Below are positions 1-10,794 of a stretch of 64,000 bases of DNA, in pieces; the stretch's first letter is position 1, and each line of letters opens with the position of its first letter. Position numbers and translations under genes: made by a program. Source of the DNA: Nemertoderma westbladi (Eukaryota > Animalia > Xenacoelomorpha). Where the stretch lies: NCBI GenBank assembly GCA_032718475.1, contig JAUCBJ010002835.1, positions 1-64,000 on the forward strand, in the 5' to 3' direction. A model generated the notes under the pieces. That model ran no database searches and had not been told where the DNA came from. It saw nothing but the letters and a program-made list of their open reading frames with translations.

Positions 1-3000
1 CCTTGATCTTTGAGGAAACGTGTAGTTGTCTCTTGGATCTGCTTGGCCCTTTCCTCTTCCACCGACAAGGCTTTATCGTAGGAATTGGGCTCTACCGCCT
101 CTTGCGTAAAGAATCGTACAGCATGTTCATCTCGAGTCTTGGCATTGCAACGCTCAATGACGTCATTTAACTCGTCGTTATAAGCTTCTCGTTCAGATGG
201 ATAGAGAAGTTGACATAAGTTCACTTGGTTTTGCCAAGCCTCGTTTTCCTTAAGGAGATCGATGGTATTCTCCTCATCAAAAAGCTGGTGAACGTCGTCA
301 TTATCTGAGGAGTATGGAATTCCCTCAGTTGAGTTGTCTCCCTCACTGGTATCATCTTCCCATTCACTCACCTGGCATACGCTCTCTGGCGGTAGTCTTT
401 CTCTGAGTGTTCTACGGGAAGGGCCAGTAAAGTACCAACCTACTCTAGTTCTTACCGCATAGGTCTGTAGGGGCTGCGGTTGAGCAGGCCGTTTCTCTAA
501 CGTCTCCAGCGCCTCATGCGCGTTTTGGCCGATGAGTATTTGCACTCCAGGATAATCAGTCTGGAATCGAGGTATGTTAAGATGTTGGATGCTCTCATCC
601 TCGTCCCAATTATAAAGGTCTGCTTGAGTAGTAGCGAAGTTCTTTATAGCCACCATTTTCACTGACCTTATGCTGTGTTCTCCTAGTTCGTCCTGGGGGG
701 TGGACAACGCTCCTACATAATAATCAGCTGTTATTGTAGATTTCCAAACTTGCATAATGCCTGACATGTTGAGCTTAGTTTGGAACTTGGGTTGTCCAGC
801 AAATATATCTTCGGCTAGCTCTTTGTCGATGAATGTTCCTGTACTACCGGAGTCAAGGAGGGCGTTCACTACATAACTCCTCTCAGGTCCGTGAACCCTT
901 ACTTGCACCACAGGAAACTCTCGGATCCCTACATTGGAAGATGGCTCTTTCCAAGATGGTTGTCGCTCAGAAGTAGTTAGAGTAAAGTCGTTATCTGTAT
1001 CTTTTTCATATGTGAGTGCTCGATACACTGCGGTATTTATCATGTAACAGGATTCGTTTTCGTCGGAGAACTCGTCTGTATAGAATCCTTCCATCTCAGA
1101 TTGATCAGTGTCGTTCACATCACTGAATTGGACATGTAACTCGGAATCACTCACCTGATTCGGACTATTTCGATCGAATTCAGCGTGCAACAAGATATGA
1201 TGTTTCGCACCACACTTTGCACACCTTATGTCAGAGAAACAGGTTCGCCGTTGGTGTCCTTGTCTGAGGCAATTATAACATAACCGCTTATCCCACATGA
1301 CTTCGCGTCTCTCTGTTAATGATTTCTTTAGAAATTCATCACACCTATTCAAATGGTGGGTCCCGTCGCACAGCGCACATTTCGGTTTGATGTTACTTAC
1401 CTTATTTTGAGTCACATTGTGTACACTTGCCTTTTCTTCGGGTTTTCTCACCTGAATTCTCTTGGGAGACGTGGGAGGAGTTTTTCTTACCTGTTCCCTC
1501 CTGTCATTTGTTCGAGACTTGAATTTACTTACCTGATCTTTAGGCATTTTATTCACGTAATAAGATCTATCCGTGTCCTTCCCGCTATCTTCTCCTTGAG
1601 AAGTCTGGCTTTCGCCGTCATCGGTATAACATACTGGTGTTACCTTTCTCCTAGAGACGGGTTTTTCACTTACCTTGTTTTCCGGTGTCTTCTCTCTGGA
1701 CAGTTTCAGGAGCTGTAATTTCACTTCTCCATCTAGGAATGACATGAGATCAGCCATGGTAGGGTCTCGTCGTTGTTGTTCCATCATATATAACACTTTC
1801 TTATCCCAGCGTGTACCTACTCCACCTTTCGGTAAAGTAGAAGCCACTGCTCTAATAACCATAGTGTTCTGATACTCATGAGACTTACCTAGCCAATCTA
1901 ATTGTCTGCAGATCTCCTGGATCTCATCGGAAAACTCGATAATTCCACTACTAATAAACTTTCGGGGCGCTACTAACTTTGCATATAAGTACCCAGCGAT
2001 ATTATTCCTATTACCATACCTGATGTTTAGTGTATCCCAAACTTGTCTTAATCCGTCTGGATGTCCAATAAACTTTAACGCCATTAACTTGGGAGATCCT
2101 TCCAAGCACTCGATGAGGTATCTAAGTTTTTCTCCATTAGATAGTACAGAGTTCTGTATGTTATCTTTGTAATATTCATTAAAAGGTAACCATTTCATCT
2201 CATCTCCATTGAACTTGACGATCTCTCCCACCTTTACCGCTTGCCGGGCTTCGGTTCTAGCCATTTGACGCGTAAAACTTTCTTGGGCCATCGTGTTATT
2301 TAATATCGAATTATCGGTATATAAATTTCTCGGATTATGATCAGTTCTATAGGGAATATCATTATCAACAGGTCTATAATTACCCTTAATAGGGTTCACT
2401 ATAGGAGTTTCTACTTCGCTAGCAGTATATATGCGTGTAGGCTCCACACCTTGCGCATGAGATACTTCAGACCTAACAGGTTGACACATTGTTACAGAGG
2501 GTGGTGGTATACCTCTTTGAGTATTTACTAATTTATCGCGTTCTAGCGCGATACTTTGCTGCACTTCTTGCAACTCTAGCCTACTTTCCCTTACTGTGCC
2601 CTTGAACTGCTGGACAGTCTCCTGCATCTGTCCGAGCAGGATATCCATCCCCCGCCGTCCCTCGTCCACCCATTCGACCGCCGAAGCGGGAGTCGCCAAC
2701 GTTGTAGCGGGCGGACGATGGACAACGGGCGACAAATTATGAATATTTCGCTCGGGGTCCAGGACCTGAACTGTCTCTGGGGCAGTTCTACGGGGCACAG
2801 GTAGCTTAGTGCTATGCAGAGGGAATTTAGAGGTAACTTCAGGGAGCACAGGGGTGTCTATCACCGAAGGGGTGATTTCGAGAACAGGCCTAATTATTTC
2901 AGGCTCATCTACTATAGTAGGGAGTCTTTCTATTTTAATTATTTGGTCTGTGGGTTCTGTACTGCCTAAGTTGGTGCTATTTAGTTGCCTTCTAACAGCT

Positions 3001-4637
3001 GGAGGCAAATCAGGCAATTTCTGACGGTGGAATGTTCTTTTACGTCTGCTTAGACGAGATCTATTTCCTTTGCCGTCAGTATCGGTAGTATCGCCTTCCT
3101 CAGATGATGTATATCCCTGCCTTTTGGGAGTAGATCGATTCATCATCTGCATATTACTAGCTGTTAACTGTTTATTTATGCAGTCTTGATTCTCCTGAAT
3201 GTTTTCTAATTCTAATTGGGTGGTTTCTTCAGTCGCTCTCCGTTCTGCTTCTGCCACTGCCTCTGCCGCCTTTCTTTCAGCTTCGGCCGCTTTTGCTTCT
3301 GCCGCTGCCTCTGCCGCCTTTGCCTCTGCCGCTGCCTCTGCCGCCTTTGCCTCTGCCGCTGCCGCTTTTGCCTCTGCCGCTGCCTCTGCCGCCTTTGCCT
3401 CTGCCGCTGCCTCTGCCGCTGCCGCTTTTCTTTCTGCTTCTGCAGCTACCACTGCTGCTTTCTTTCTGTCTTCTATACGTTTTTTCTTTACTTGTTCTTC
3501 TTGGACTCGTGTCAGGCGGAGTTGTTCATCAAATTTAGCCTGATTCGCAGCCCTCATTTCCACATCGATGGCATCCAACACAAGCTTGGTTCCTTCACTA
3601 TTAGGGCTAAGTCCCTCTAACCTTCTCCTCAACTCGTCATTACCTAAAAAACGTTGATAGTCTGACAGATAGATGTCAATGGCATCCCTCTTATGCGGTT
3701 TCTCTGCCGTCGCTTCACTTTCCACTTGGGAAAAAGTAGCGTCTGTTGATTCTCCATGGGTTGAGCGCTCCTCCAACTGAGCTTTCCACTGAGCTGCTCC
3801 TTGAACCTGGCGACTCACCCGTTGAAAGCAAGTCTTTACGGCAACTTGCAACGAAGTGTCTTGCCTTCTTTTAGAAGCCTCCTCAAAGGCCGATAAGATT
3901 AGCCTGATTCGTAGAATTCTTTCCCTAACTTGATAAAGCAGCGATCCCTGCTCTTGAGGTCCTTGAGGTTGTTGAAACAGTTGTTCTTTTACTCGCTCCA
4001 TAGAGCTGAAGAATCCCTGTGCGTATCCGGCTGCGGACCTCTTCCACACAGCTGGATCGATGGTTTCCTTGGCTACTCCCATCCGGTGTATGTCTTCCCA
4101 GGCAGCTTCTGATAAATCAAACGGGAGTCCGGGTCCGGGGAAGTTCCATTGCGACTCGACAATAGACTTCAGTTCTTCACTCGTGTATCCCGCGTAACTA
4201 TCTCTAGTTGACCGTTGACTTCTCGCCCAATCGATCTGGTGTTCTTCCACCGCGATCAATAACCTAGTGAGTACGGCTGCAGGAAGGATGAGAAGGGGAT
4301 CCGTATAAACCGCATCCGTCATCTCTGCTCCGCACTCGGGTGTCAGCTCTACAGTATCCTCACTACTGGAGCTGCTGGGCCGCTGAGGAATAAGTTCTTG
4401 ACTCGCGGGTTGTTGCTGTTCCGCTGCTTCTTGGTCCCGCTTAACTTGAGCTCGGGTGCCTATGATAGACCTACGATGTTGGACTAGCCTAGGTTCTGTT
4501 ATTACTACTGGAGGGATGACCTTCCTCACAGTGGGAGGTGAACTGAACTTACGACCAGACGGTTGTACGTCTCTATCTGAGTCGCAGATAGTTACATCTA
4601 ATATACTGTCTGACAGGTTCTGCTTAGTATCAGACAT
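1..4637 (-). CDS. BEL/Pao LTR retrotransposon gag-pol polyprotein, 5' part (~1545 codons, continues past the left edge)
   Basis: Manual translation from ATG at 4637 (MSDTKQNL...) appears open to position 1. It has a Pao-type capsid region (VKFNGDEMKWLPFNEYY...EKLRYLIECLEG), three Cys/His knuckles (CALCDGTHHLNRC, CYNCLRQGHQRRTC, CAKCGAKHHILLH), an aspartic protease (ALLDSGSTGTF...ILIGQN...AVRTRVGW) and the pre-RT motif LSVEEERA. It is missing from the ORF track because there is no stop in the window. Confidence 0.9.
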   Translation of the reverse strand, partial: MSDTKQNLSDSILDVTICDSDRDVQPSGRKFSSPPTVRKVIPPVVITEPRLVQHRRSIIGTRAQVKRDQEAAEQQQPASQELIPQRPSSSSSEDTVELTPECGAEMTDAVYTDPLLILPAAVLTRLLIAVEEHQIDWARSQRSTRDSYAGYTSEELKSIVESQWNFPGPGLPFDLSEAAWEDIHRMGVAKETIDPAVWKRSAAGYAQGFFSSMERVKEQLFQQPQGPQEQGSLLYQVRERILRIRLILSAFEEASKRRQDTSLQVAVKTCFQRVSRQVQGAAQWKAQLEERSTHGESTDATFSQVESEATAEKPHKRDAIDIYLSDYQRFLGNDELRRRLEGLSPNSEGTKLVLDAIDVEMRAANQAKFDEQLRLTRVQEEQVKKKRIEDRKKAAVVAAEAERKAAAAEAAAEAKAAEAAAEAKAAAAEAKAAEAAAEAKAAEAAAEAKAAEAERKAAEAVAEAERRATEETTQLELENIQENQDCINKQLTASNMQMMNRSTPKRQGYTSSEEGDTTDTDGKGNRSRLSRRKRTFHRQKLPDLPPAVRRQLNSTNLGSTEPTDQIIKIERLPTIVDEPEIIRPVLEITPSVIDTPVLPEVTSKFPLHSTKLPVPRRTAPETVQVLDPERNIHNLSPVVHRPPATTLATPASAVEWVDEGRRGMDILLGQMQETVQQFKGTVRESRLELQEVQQSIALERDKLVNTQRGIPPPSVTMCQPVRSEVSHAQGVEPTRIYTASEVETPIVNPIKGNYRPVDNDIPYRTDHNPRNLYTDNSILNNTMAQESFTRQMARTEARQAVKVGEIVKFNGDEMKWLPFNEYYKDNIQNSVLSNGEKLRYLIECLEGSPKLMALKFIGHPDGLRQVWDTLNIRYGNRNNIAGYLYAKLVAPRKFISSGIIEFSDEIQEICRQLDWLGKSHEYQNTMVIRAVASTLPKGGVGTRWDKKVLYMMEQQRRDPTMADLMSFLDGEVKLQLLKLSREKTPENKVSEKPVSRRKVTPVCYTDDGESQTSQGEDSGKDTDRSYYVNKMPKDQVSKFKSRTNDRREQVRKTPPTSPKRIQVRKPEEKASVHNVTQNKVSNIKPKCALCDGTHHLNRCDEFLKKSLTERREVMWDKRLCYNCLRQGHQRRTCFSDIRCAKCGAKHHILLHAEFDRNSPNQVSDSELHVQFSDVNDTDQSEMEGFYTDEFSDENESCYMINTAVYRALTYEKDTDNDFTLTTSERQPSWKEPSSNVGIREFPVVQVRVHGPERSYVVNALLDSGSTGTFIDKELAEDIFAGQPKFQTKLNMSGIMQVWKSTITADYYVGALSTPQDELGEHSIRSVKMVAIKNFATTQADLYNWDEDESIQHLNIPRFQTDYPGVQILIGQNAHEALETLEKRPAQPQPLQTYAVRTRVGWYFTGPSRRTLRERLPPESVCQVSEWEDDTSEGDNSTEGIPYSSDNDDVHQLFDEENTIDLLKENEAWQNQVNLCQLLYPSEREAYNDELNDVIERCNAKTRDEHAVRFFTQEAVEPNSYDKALSVEEERAKQIQETTTRFLKDQ
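3243..3460 (-). repeat. Ala/Glu/Lys coding repeat (EAAAEAKAA)n in BEL Gag
   Basis: ~27-bp units (tttgcctctgccgctgcctctgccgcc), in frame with the gag ORF. Confidence 0.85.
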
Positions 4638-7600
4638 GTTTATGTATACAGTTGAATGTCTACTGCTGTATCACAGTCTGAGCAAGTCTAGTAACTCAGT
4701 ATTAACTGCTAGCCTAGTAATTAATTACCGGTACTGCTACTCAGTGTAGTGTGATATATAATATATTAGAATACCGGTATGCTTATAGTATATATAACTA
4801 TTATTACAGACTAGGTTTATCACCGAATAGCGGTATAATTTTAGCACAAATATATATAAATATATAATAGGCCTATCGGGAATACCGGTACAGCTGACAG
4901 TTTGTAGTGTATATATAAGTATAGTTATTAACTGAATTAATTACAGAATACCGGTATGCTTTCAGCACAAATATAAATATTATAATAGGCCTATCGTAAA
5001 TACCGGTATGTCAATTATTTTAGAATAATTGAATTTCTGAACTTTAGGGTTACTTGGTTACTTTAACTTACTTTATTACCGTTATTTAAGCAGTAGTCCA
5101 ACTGATATTGAGACCTAATTGTTATATGGTAGGCCTACTATTTATAAATCGTTAGATTTGATTTATAATATATATATACCCGTTTTAATGGGTTTAGTCA
5201 ATGTTTGAAATAAATGTTATTATTTCTGGGGGTAATCACTACACAAAGCGGTGCGCTTTCAGTGAAGTGTTACTTATAGGACACTAAAACAAATGATTCT
5301 AATTTACCTAAGTTACTTAATACTACAAATTACGTACAATTCGGGTGAGATTACAATCTCTAAATAAACACAAAAATTTACAAAAACGCAAAATACGAAT
5401 TTCAGGGTAATTTTACAAGAAGTCTACAAACCAGCCTAACAAAGGGTTAGAATTCTGGTTATTACAACGGACAGGGTACTACGGTATTTGAAATAATAAG
5501 TAGTAGTAAATACACTGCGTTGTCCAGATAGAAAAATACCACCGCCTGACGACCTATAGCCGTATCGCTATAGGTTCTACGTTATGTATCACGGAGTGTT
5601 CCTACCTAGAAGTTAATAGAGCTAATCGAACGTGCCTATCAACCACTTTACAACACAAATATAATGCCTACACTAATTACTTCGGAAAGTACTGTACACT
5701 AAACCCTAAATTAGGTACGAGTACTTGTACAACAGATAATCAGTAGTTAAATATACTTGAACAGCTAAAAGAACCACGGCATCTGCTGGAGTGACCGATG
5801 CACAAAATCACCAGTCTTTACCTACGCCAAGCAGCCCGTGTAGTACCGGGGTTAATTTAACTATAGCGGTATGTATAACAAACACAATTACTGTAGGAAC
5901 AAACTTGGGGAATGAATGTTGCGAATAATCGCATAAACTCTGAATAATAAATATTACGCTACGCGTACAAACTACTCAAACAAAATACAGACTGAACACT
6001 GACAGACTACTATCAAGCCTAAACAAACTACGGTATATGCAGACTCCGAAATAATTAGGTAGTATGCGTTCTAACCCAGTAGTACGACTTATTCTTTAAT
6101 TGGGGGTTTACCTTACAGCATTCGCTGCCCCTACTTCCTAACCGTTCTTTATCGGACAAGTGATCTACACACGCTGCAATCCGTTCAGACCTAATAACAG
6201 CCAGACAACTATCCAGCCTACAAATTATCTAAATAAAATTATACGCTACCCGTACAGACTTACACAAACAAAGTACAGACTAAACGATGGCAGACTACTC
6301 TCAAGCCTAAATAAACTACAGGACATGCAGACTCCGAAATGATTAGGGAGTATGCGTTCTAACCCAGTAGTACGACTTATTCTTTAGTTGGGGGTTTACC
6401 TTACAGCATTCGCTGCCCCTACTTCCTAACCGTACTTAATCGGACAGGTGATCTATACACACTGCAATCCGTTCGGACTTAACAGCAATCAGACAACAGC
6501 TCAGCCTACAAATTGTCTGTACAATCTGATCAGGCTTACACGCCTTCTGTTCAATACTGGCCTACAAATAAATAAAACTTGACAGAAATAAGTAAACCAT
6601 ATAAAGGAATAAGGGGTGATCAATCCCTAATCCCTCAACAGCCTACCGGTATGCAACAATCAAATCGAATAATACTAGTGTACTTATACGGAAGTACCGG
6701 TTAGGACAGCTAGGCCTACGGACCTACAGAATTACCGGTTCTGGCAGTTGGGCCTACTGACCTACAGATGTACCGGTTCAGGTTTACCGGTTGACCGGTA
6801 CTTTCAACTTTATTGCTTACTGCAATAAAGAAGCTATATCCTTTAATGTTCGCGCTTTCAGACCTTTGGCAGTTTAACCCGCCAAATTAAGATGTCTTCT
6901 AGATATTAAATCGCTTTTTAGCCTATGACAAGTATTTGATTCACTACACTAGTCGAAACCAATCTGTGCGCGATCATTCACCCGCTGGATATTCCCGGGA
7001 GATTGGGTTCGACGGTTTAATTTTATTGCTATGTAAGCCTAATGTATTATTCGACTGACAGTATTATATAATCTCTGACAATATTATTCACCTTCGGGAA
7101 TATTAACAGTTCCTTTAGGACGTGGCGCTTTATCTATATAAACAGAGTTATGACTTAAACTACTCACAACGATATGGCTTAATTATAATTCACATATATG
7201 GCGCATTCTTTAGGAAATGCTTCTTTAACAGACTCACTCGTACACAATGCTGCACAATACTGCACACTAATCTGCCAATCTTCACTGATTTTAGTCACAT
7301 ATAAAAGGAACACAGACTGACTCATGTAGGGTCTATCAAATAACATTAGATTCACTTCAAACCACTTTAACATAAGTCACAATCGTTATTGGTAACCTTT
7401 CTCTCTTACCTTCGGTATATCAAGAATATTGGGTGTCGGGGTTATTTCTCGTTATTCCAATATAATAATTCATCAACAAATATAATGAATAACCGACAAC
7501 AAATAGCAGTATACAGTATTGATTGAGCAGGTAATTTTTAGCAGTGAGATATTCAAGGAGTTTGGTCGGTATGTCAGTTAAAGGATATATGTCCTTATAA

Positions 7601-7903
7601 ATAAACCTACTAGTGTTGAGCTAAAAAGCAGAAAAGCACAAAACACTATAAAGCCGTTCTTTCGTGGCTTTGAAAAACTCGTGACTACTGCTCTATACGA
7701 GGATACCAACTACCCTTATTCCACGAAGCTCCCGTTCAACACAGAGAAAGAGCAGTGAGATAGGAAAATTTCAGTTCAGTAGCTCTGTGATAGGTCAAAA
7801 TCAAGGCTAACTCAAATTCTATTGGGAGATACAAAAACAAGGCTATGACGCAACCTTTCTAGGCTGGTTGGCCGATTAAACAGAGCCCAGATACCTGCGT
7901 ACA
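4638..7903 (-). mobile_element. Probable long 5' leader plus 5' LTR of the BEL element (boundaries uncertain)
   Basis: Non-coding region upstream of the gag ATG with internal duplications. A candidate LTR start (TGTACGC, minus strand) near 7903 coincides with the start of a different repeat. No PBS identified; the second LTR is outside the window. Confidence 0.45.
5986..6519. repeat. Tandem duplication, 288-bp period, in the BEL leader
   Basis: Cores 6061-6145 and 6349-6433 differ at one base; flanking parts are more diverged. Confidence 0.9.
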
Positions 7904-8183
7904 GCAAATCAGCCAATAAGCTGGTAGCTTGCACTATTTTAACTATAGATCCCCTTTAGAGTATTCTAGCGACCGGGGGGGGAACTGGCCAACAAGGCAA
8001 ACGAATCAGTTATCCCACAAAAGCTTTTACACAACATGTGTACCAAGTTTGGATAGATTTCATCAAGGATTGGCCGAGTTATTAACGTTTAAAATAAAAT
8101 ACTGAAAAAAAAACGCGACAGAACGACAGGTTGATTAATGGTACCACTACGCTAAGGCTCACTCACTTCGTGGCTCGCCCCAC
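7904..8183 (-). mobile_element. Truncated HINE/DINE-1-like non-autonomous element
   Basis: Ends in ttcgtggctcgccccac, the reverse complement of the gtggggcgag(c/a)cacg terminus of the elements at 15250 and 32091. Confidence 0.5.
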
Positions 8184-8501
8184 AGTACTTGACATGAAAC
8201 ATGAATATAAGTTAGACAATATAAGGCAAGCATGACAAAACACTGACGAAACAAAATTTCGGAATATAGATAGAGTGGAAATGGGACAGTGTGGGATACA
8301 GAGTATTATAAATAACAGACGATATATGAACATCAAGAGAAAACACAATATAGCGATATACAAGAAATACGATTAGCAATACAAAATAACATAACGGTAT
8401 AACTAATGAAATGGAAGAAATGTCAACGGCAGAAAACAGAAGATGTGCAAGAGAGATGTGCAAGAATGGTCGAAGCAACAAAGCAATACGATGTGTGTAG
8501 C

Positions 8502-9403
8502 CCAGGTTGGAATTCATGCTGCAAAACTCGGACGCGTACCTGCGCGAATGACCGCAAACCAGATGCGCGTTGCGCGTTTGGGTGAGACAGGTGCGCGTTC
8601 GGGTGTGGGACAGGTGCGCGTTGCGCCTCAGCGCGCAGCTCTGCCTCTGATGCGCACCACAAATTAATTGAAATCACGAAAATACACAAAAAAATTTCGC
8701 TCGCTGCGCTCGCATTAGTTTCTCATTTCCAATTCTTCAAACAGTCAAATCACTTCACCATAATACTGTAATACCGGCAACCGGAGCTGAATTTGTCTAT
8801 TTATTTTAACTACAGTACTCTATTGTTGTATTGTTATTAGGTCTATGCTATGCCGATGTTACGTTAGTAAACAGGTAAAGTCAGAAAGTAACAATGTATT
8901 ATAAGTATGACTTAATTATAAGCCAACTGTATGTTTAAGCCTAATTGTTAGGTAGGCCTATACAAAGTATTATTGGCAGACTGGTACCTATTTCAATATT
9001 CGTTTTTTTGAAATTACCGGTACATGTTTTGTTTGTAATCTAAAATAATATTGTCTGTTATAAAAGCAGTGAGCCCGATGGGCCACCATAGTAGTGGATT
9101 AAAAAAATATTTTTTAATATTAAGAATTTTGATGTTGCAAAAATTACATTTATTATGTAAGCCTAGATTCAACGTACAGACAGACAGACGTAAAGATAAG
9201 CTTAAAACGCTCAAACTTGTAAAATTGGAATGTAAAATTGTTCTTATGAACTGTGCGATTTTTTGAGATATGCATGACATGAGCTGCGCGATTTTGTTTG
9301 GATTATGACATATGATGAGGTGCGCGACGAGCCCATTTCAGGTGCGCGGTGATTTCAAAACAACAAAGCGTACCTGCGCGCTCATGCATGAATTCCAACC
9401 TGG
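8502..9403. mobile_element. Non-autonomous DNA transposon (hAT-like MITE)
   Basis: 18-bp perfect TIR ccaggttggaattcatgc; 8-bp TSD tgtgtagc at 8494-8501 and 9404-9411. Confidence 0.85.
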
Positions 9404-9515
9404 TGTGTAGCGAAACAAATAGACAAATGGAAAACAAAACGTGATGATTTACTGTAATACAGTAACTATCACAGAACGTGCGAGTAAAACGAGTGAAGAC
9501 TAATGTCCATACTAA

Positions 9516-9764
9516 TGTGGTGGTCCCTAACGTGCTACGCGAAGACCACTGCTTCAGTTTTTACTGTATGCTGTTAAAATTCTATATACTGTACAAATAC
9601 TGCTATATTGTAAAAGGCGGGAAATTCAAACAACAGCTGTACCGTTACTTTTGTTCATTGTGTCTTACTTATCTGTTTATATAGAATAAAGGTTTTTGCA
9701 TTCAGATTATTCAGTTCAGCATTCACACTGTCGTATCCTAACCCTCAGGTACTGATCCATTACA
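9516..9764 (+). repeat. 5' LTR (249 bp)
   Basis: Matches 14017-14260 apart from 3 substitutions and one 5-bp indel; contains AATAAA. Confidence 0.95.
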
Positions 9765-9765
9765 C

Positions 9766-9778
9766 TGGTGACCCGGAC
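9766..9778 (+). promoter_or_regulatory. Primer binding site, tRNA-Trp-like
   Basis: TGGTGACCCGGAC 1 nt after the LTR; the complement of the tRNA-Trp 3' end is TGGTGACCCCGAC. Confidence 0.7.
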
Positions 9779-9831
9779 TTCGCACATTCTAGCCTACCTA
9801 CGGTACAGTTAGTAAACTCGATCAACCAATA

Positions 9832-10740
9832 ATGGCTTCTCGAATACCAGCATTTTGCCCGCGCCAACCATCGATTTGGTTTAAACAGTTAGAAACGTAT
9901 TTCGCCATGGAGAAGACTGCCGATGCCGACCAACTCAATCTCCTTTTCACTTTGTTACCAACCGATCAGGCGGCCATTATCGCGACTTCGGAGACAAAGT
10001 CCTATGAGGAAGCTCGTGAGTTGCTCAAAAGTTCACTTGGCGAATCGAGATACGATCTTATCCGGAAGGCGATCGCCACATTCACGATATCGGACGGTGA
10101 ACGACCTTCTCACGCCGTCCAACGATTGAAGATACTGGCCAACGCAGCAGAAATGCCCGAGCGCAGCGAACAAGAAATCATCGCTCGCGTTATTGAGGCT
10201 ATGCCCACTGACTCCGCAAAATCAGCTCTTGCCACACAGGCACAAAATGGATTAGACGAATTTTTAAAAATCGCCGACACAGTTGTCGCTGCAACAACCT
10301 GCCAGAGTTACCAGCTAAACGCACTAACTCCATCTAAACGCACTAACTCCACCGATTTTTCCCAGGAAACGCAATTTTTAGAAGATCACCAATCACGTGG
10401 TCGTCCATACCGACGAAGCAACCGGCGCGATGAGGTTTTTCAAGATTCTCAGCAGGAGTACGGCTACGATTCTCGAAACCGTTCTGCTTACAGTTTTAAC
10501 CCATCTTACCAACAAGATTTTTACCGCCAGTCTAATCAGGAGTCCTTCCAACGAACCTTAACTCCGTTCTCTTCTACACAGCGTCCCAAAGTGTGCCGTT
10601 CGCATATCTTTTTTGGTATAAAAGCGCGAACATGCACCCACTGGTGCCAGTTTCCAAAGAGTGATTCTCACAACCCTCGTATTCGTTCCCGAGAGCCTTC
10701 TCGTGCCGGATCCAGGGACTCATCGCCGCAGGGAAACTAG
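9832..10740 (+). CDS. gag: Gypsy Gag
   Basis: IPAFCPRQPSIWFKQLETYF N-terminus and C-terminal C-x2-H-x9-C-x3-C knuckle (CRSHIFFGIKARTCTHWC). Confidence 0.9.
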   Translation: MASRIPAFCPRQPSIWFKQLETYFAMEKTADADQLNLLFTLLPTDQAAIIATSETKSYEEARELLKSSLGESRYDLIRKAIATFTISDGERPSHAVQRLKILANAAEMPERSEQEIIARVIEAMPTDSAKSALATQAQNGLDEFLKIADTVVAATTCQSYQLNALTPSKRTNSTDFSQETQFLEDHQSRGRPYRRSNRRDEVFQDSQQEYGYDSRNRSAYSFNPSYQQDFYRQSNQESFQRTLTPFSSTQRPKVCRSHIFFGIKARTCTHWCQFPKSDSHNPRIRSREPSRAGSRDSSPQGN

Positions 10741-10794
10741 ATGCCCCTCCCGTTGATGCGATTTCAACAGTAGGGGCTAATACGCATAAATCGC
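10731..10794 (+). promoter_or_regulatory. -1 programmed ribosomal frameshift signal
   Basis: G_GGA_AAC directly before the gag stop, 5-nt spacer, stem GCCCCT..AGGGGC (10743-10777). The -1 frame is open into the protease (FLIDTGASVS). Confidence 0.85.

Noticed and set aside
1353-4749. Plus-strand ORFs (Ala-, Cys- or Leu/Pro-rich)
   Set aside because: Antisense shadows of the BEL gag ORF.
10738-10773. Stop-codon readthrough of Gypsy gag
   Set aside because: The gag frame meets another TAG 11 codons later; the protease is in the -1 frame.
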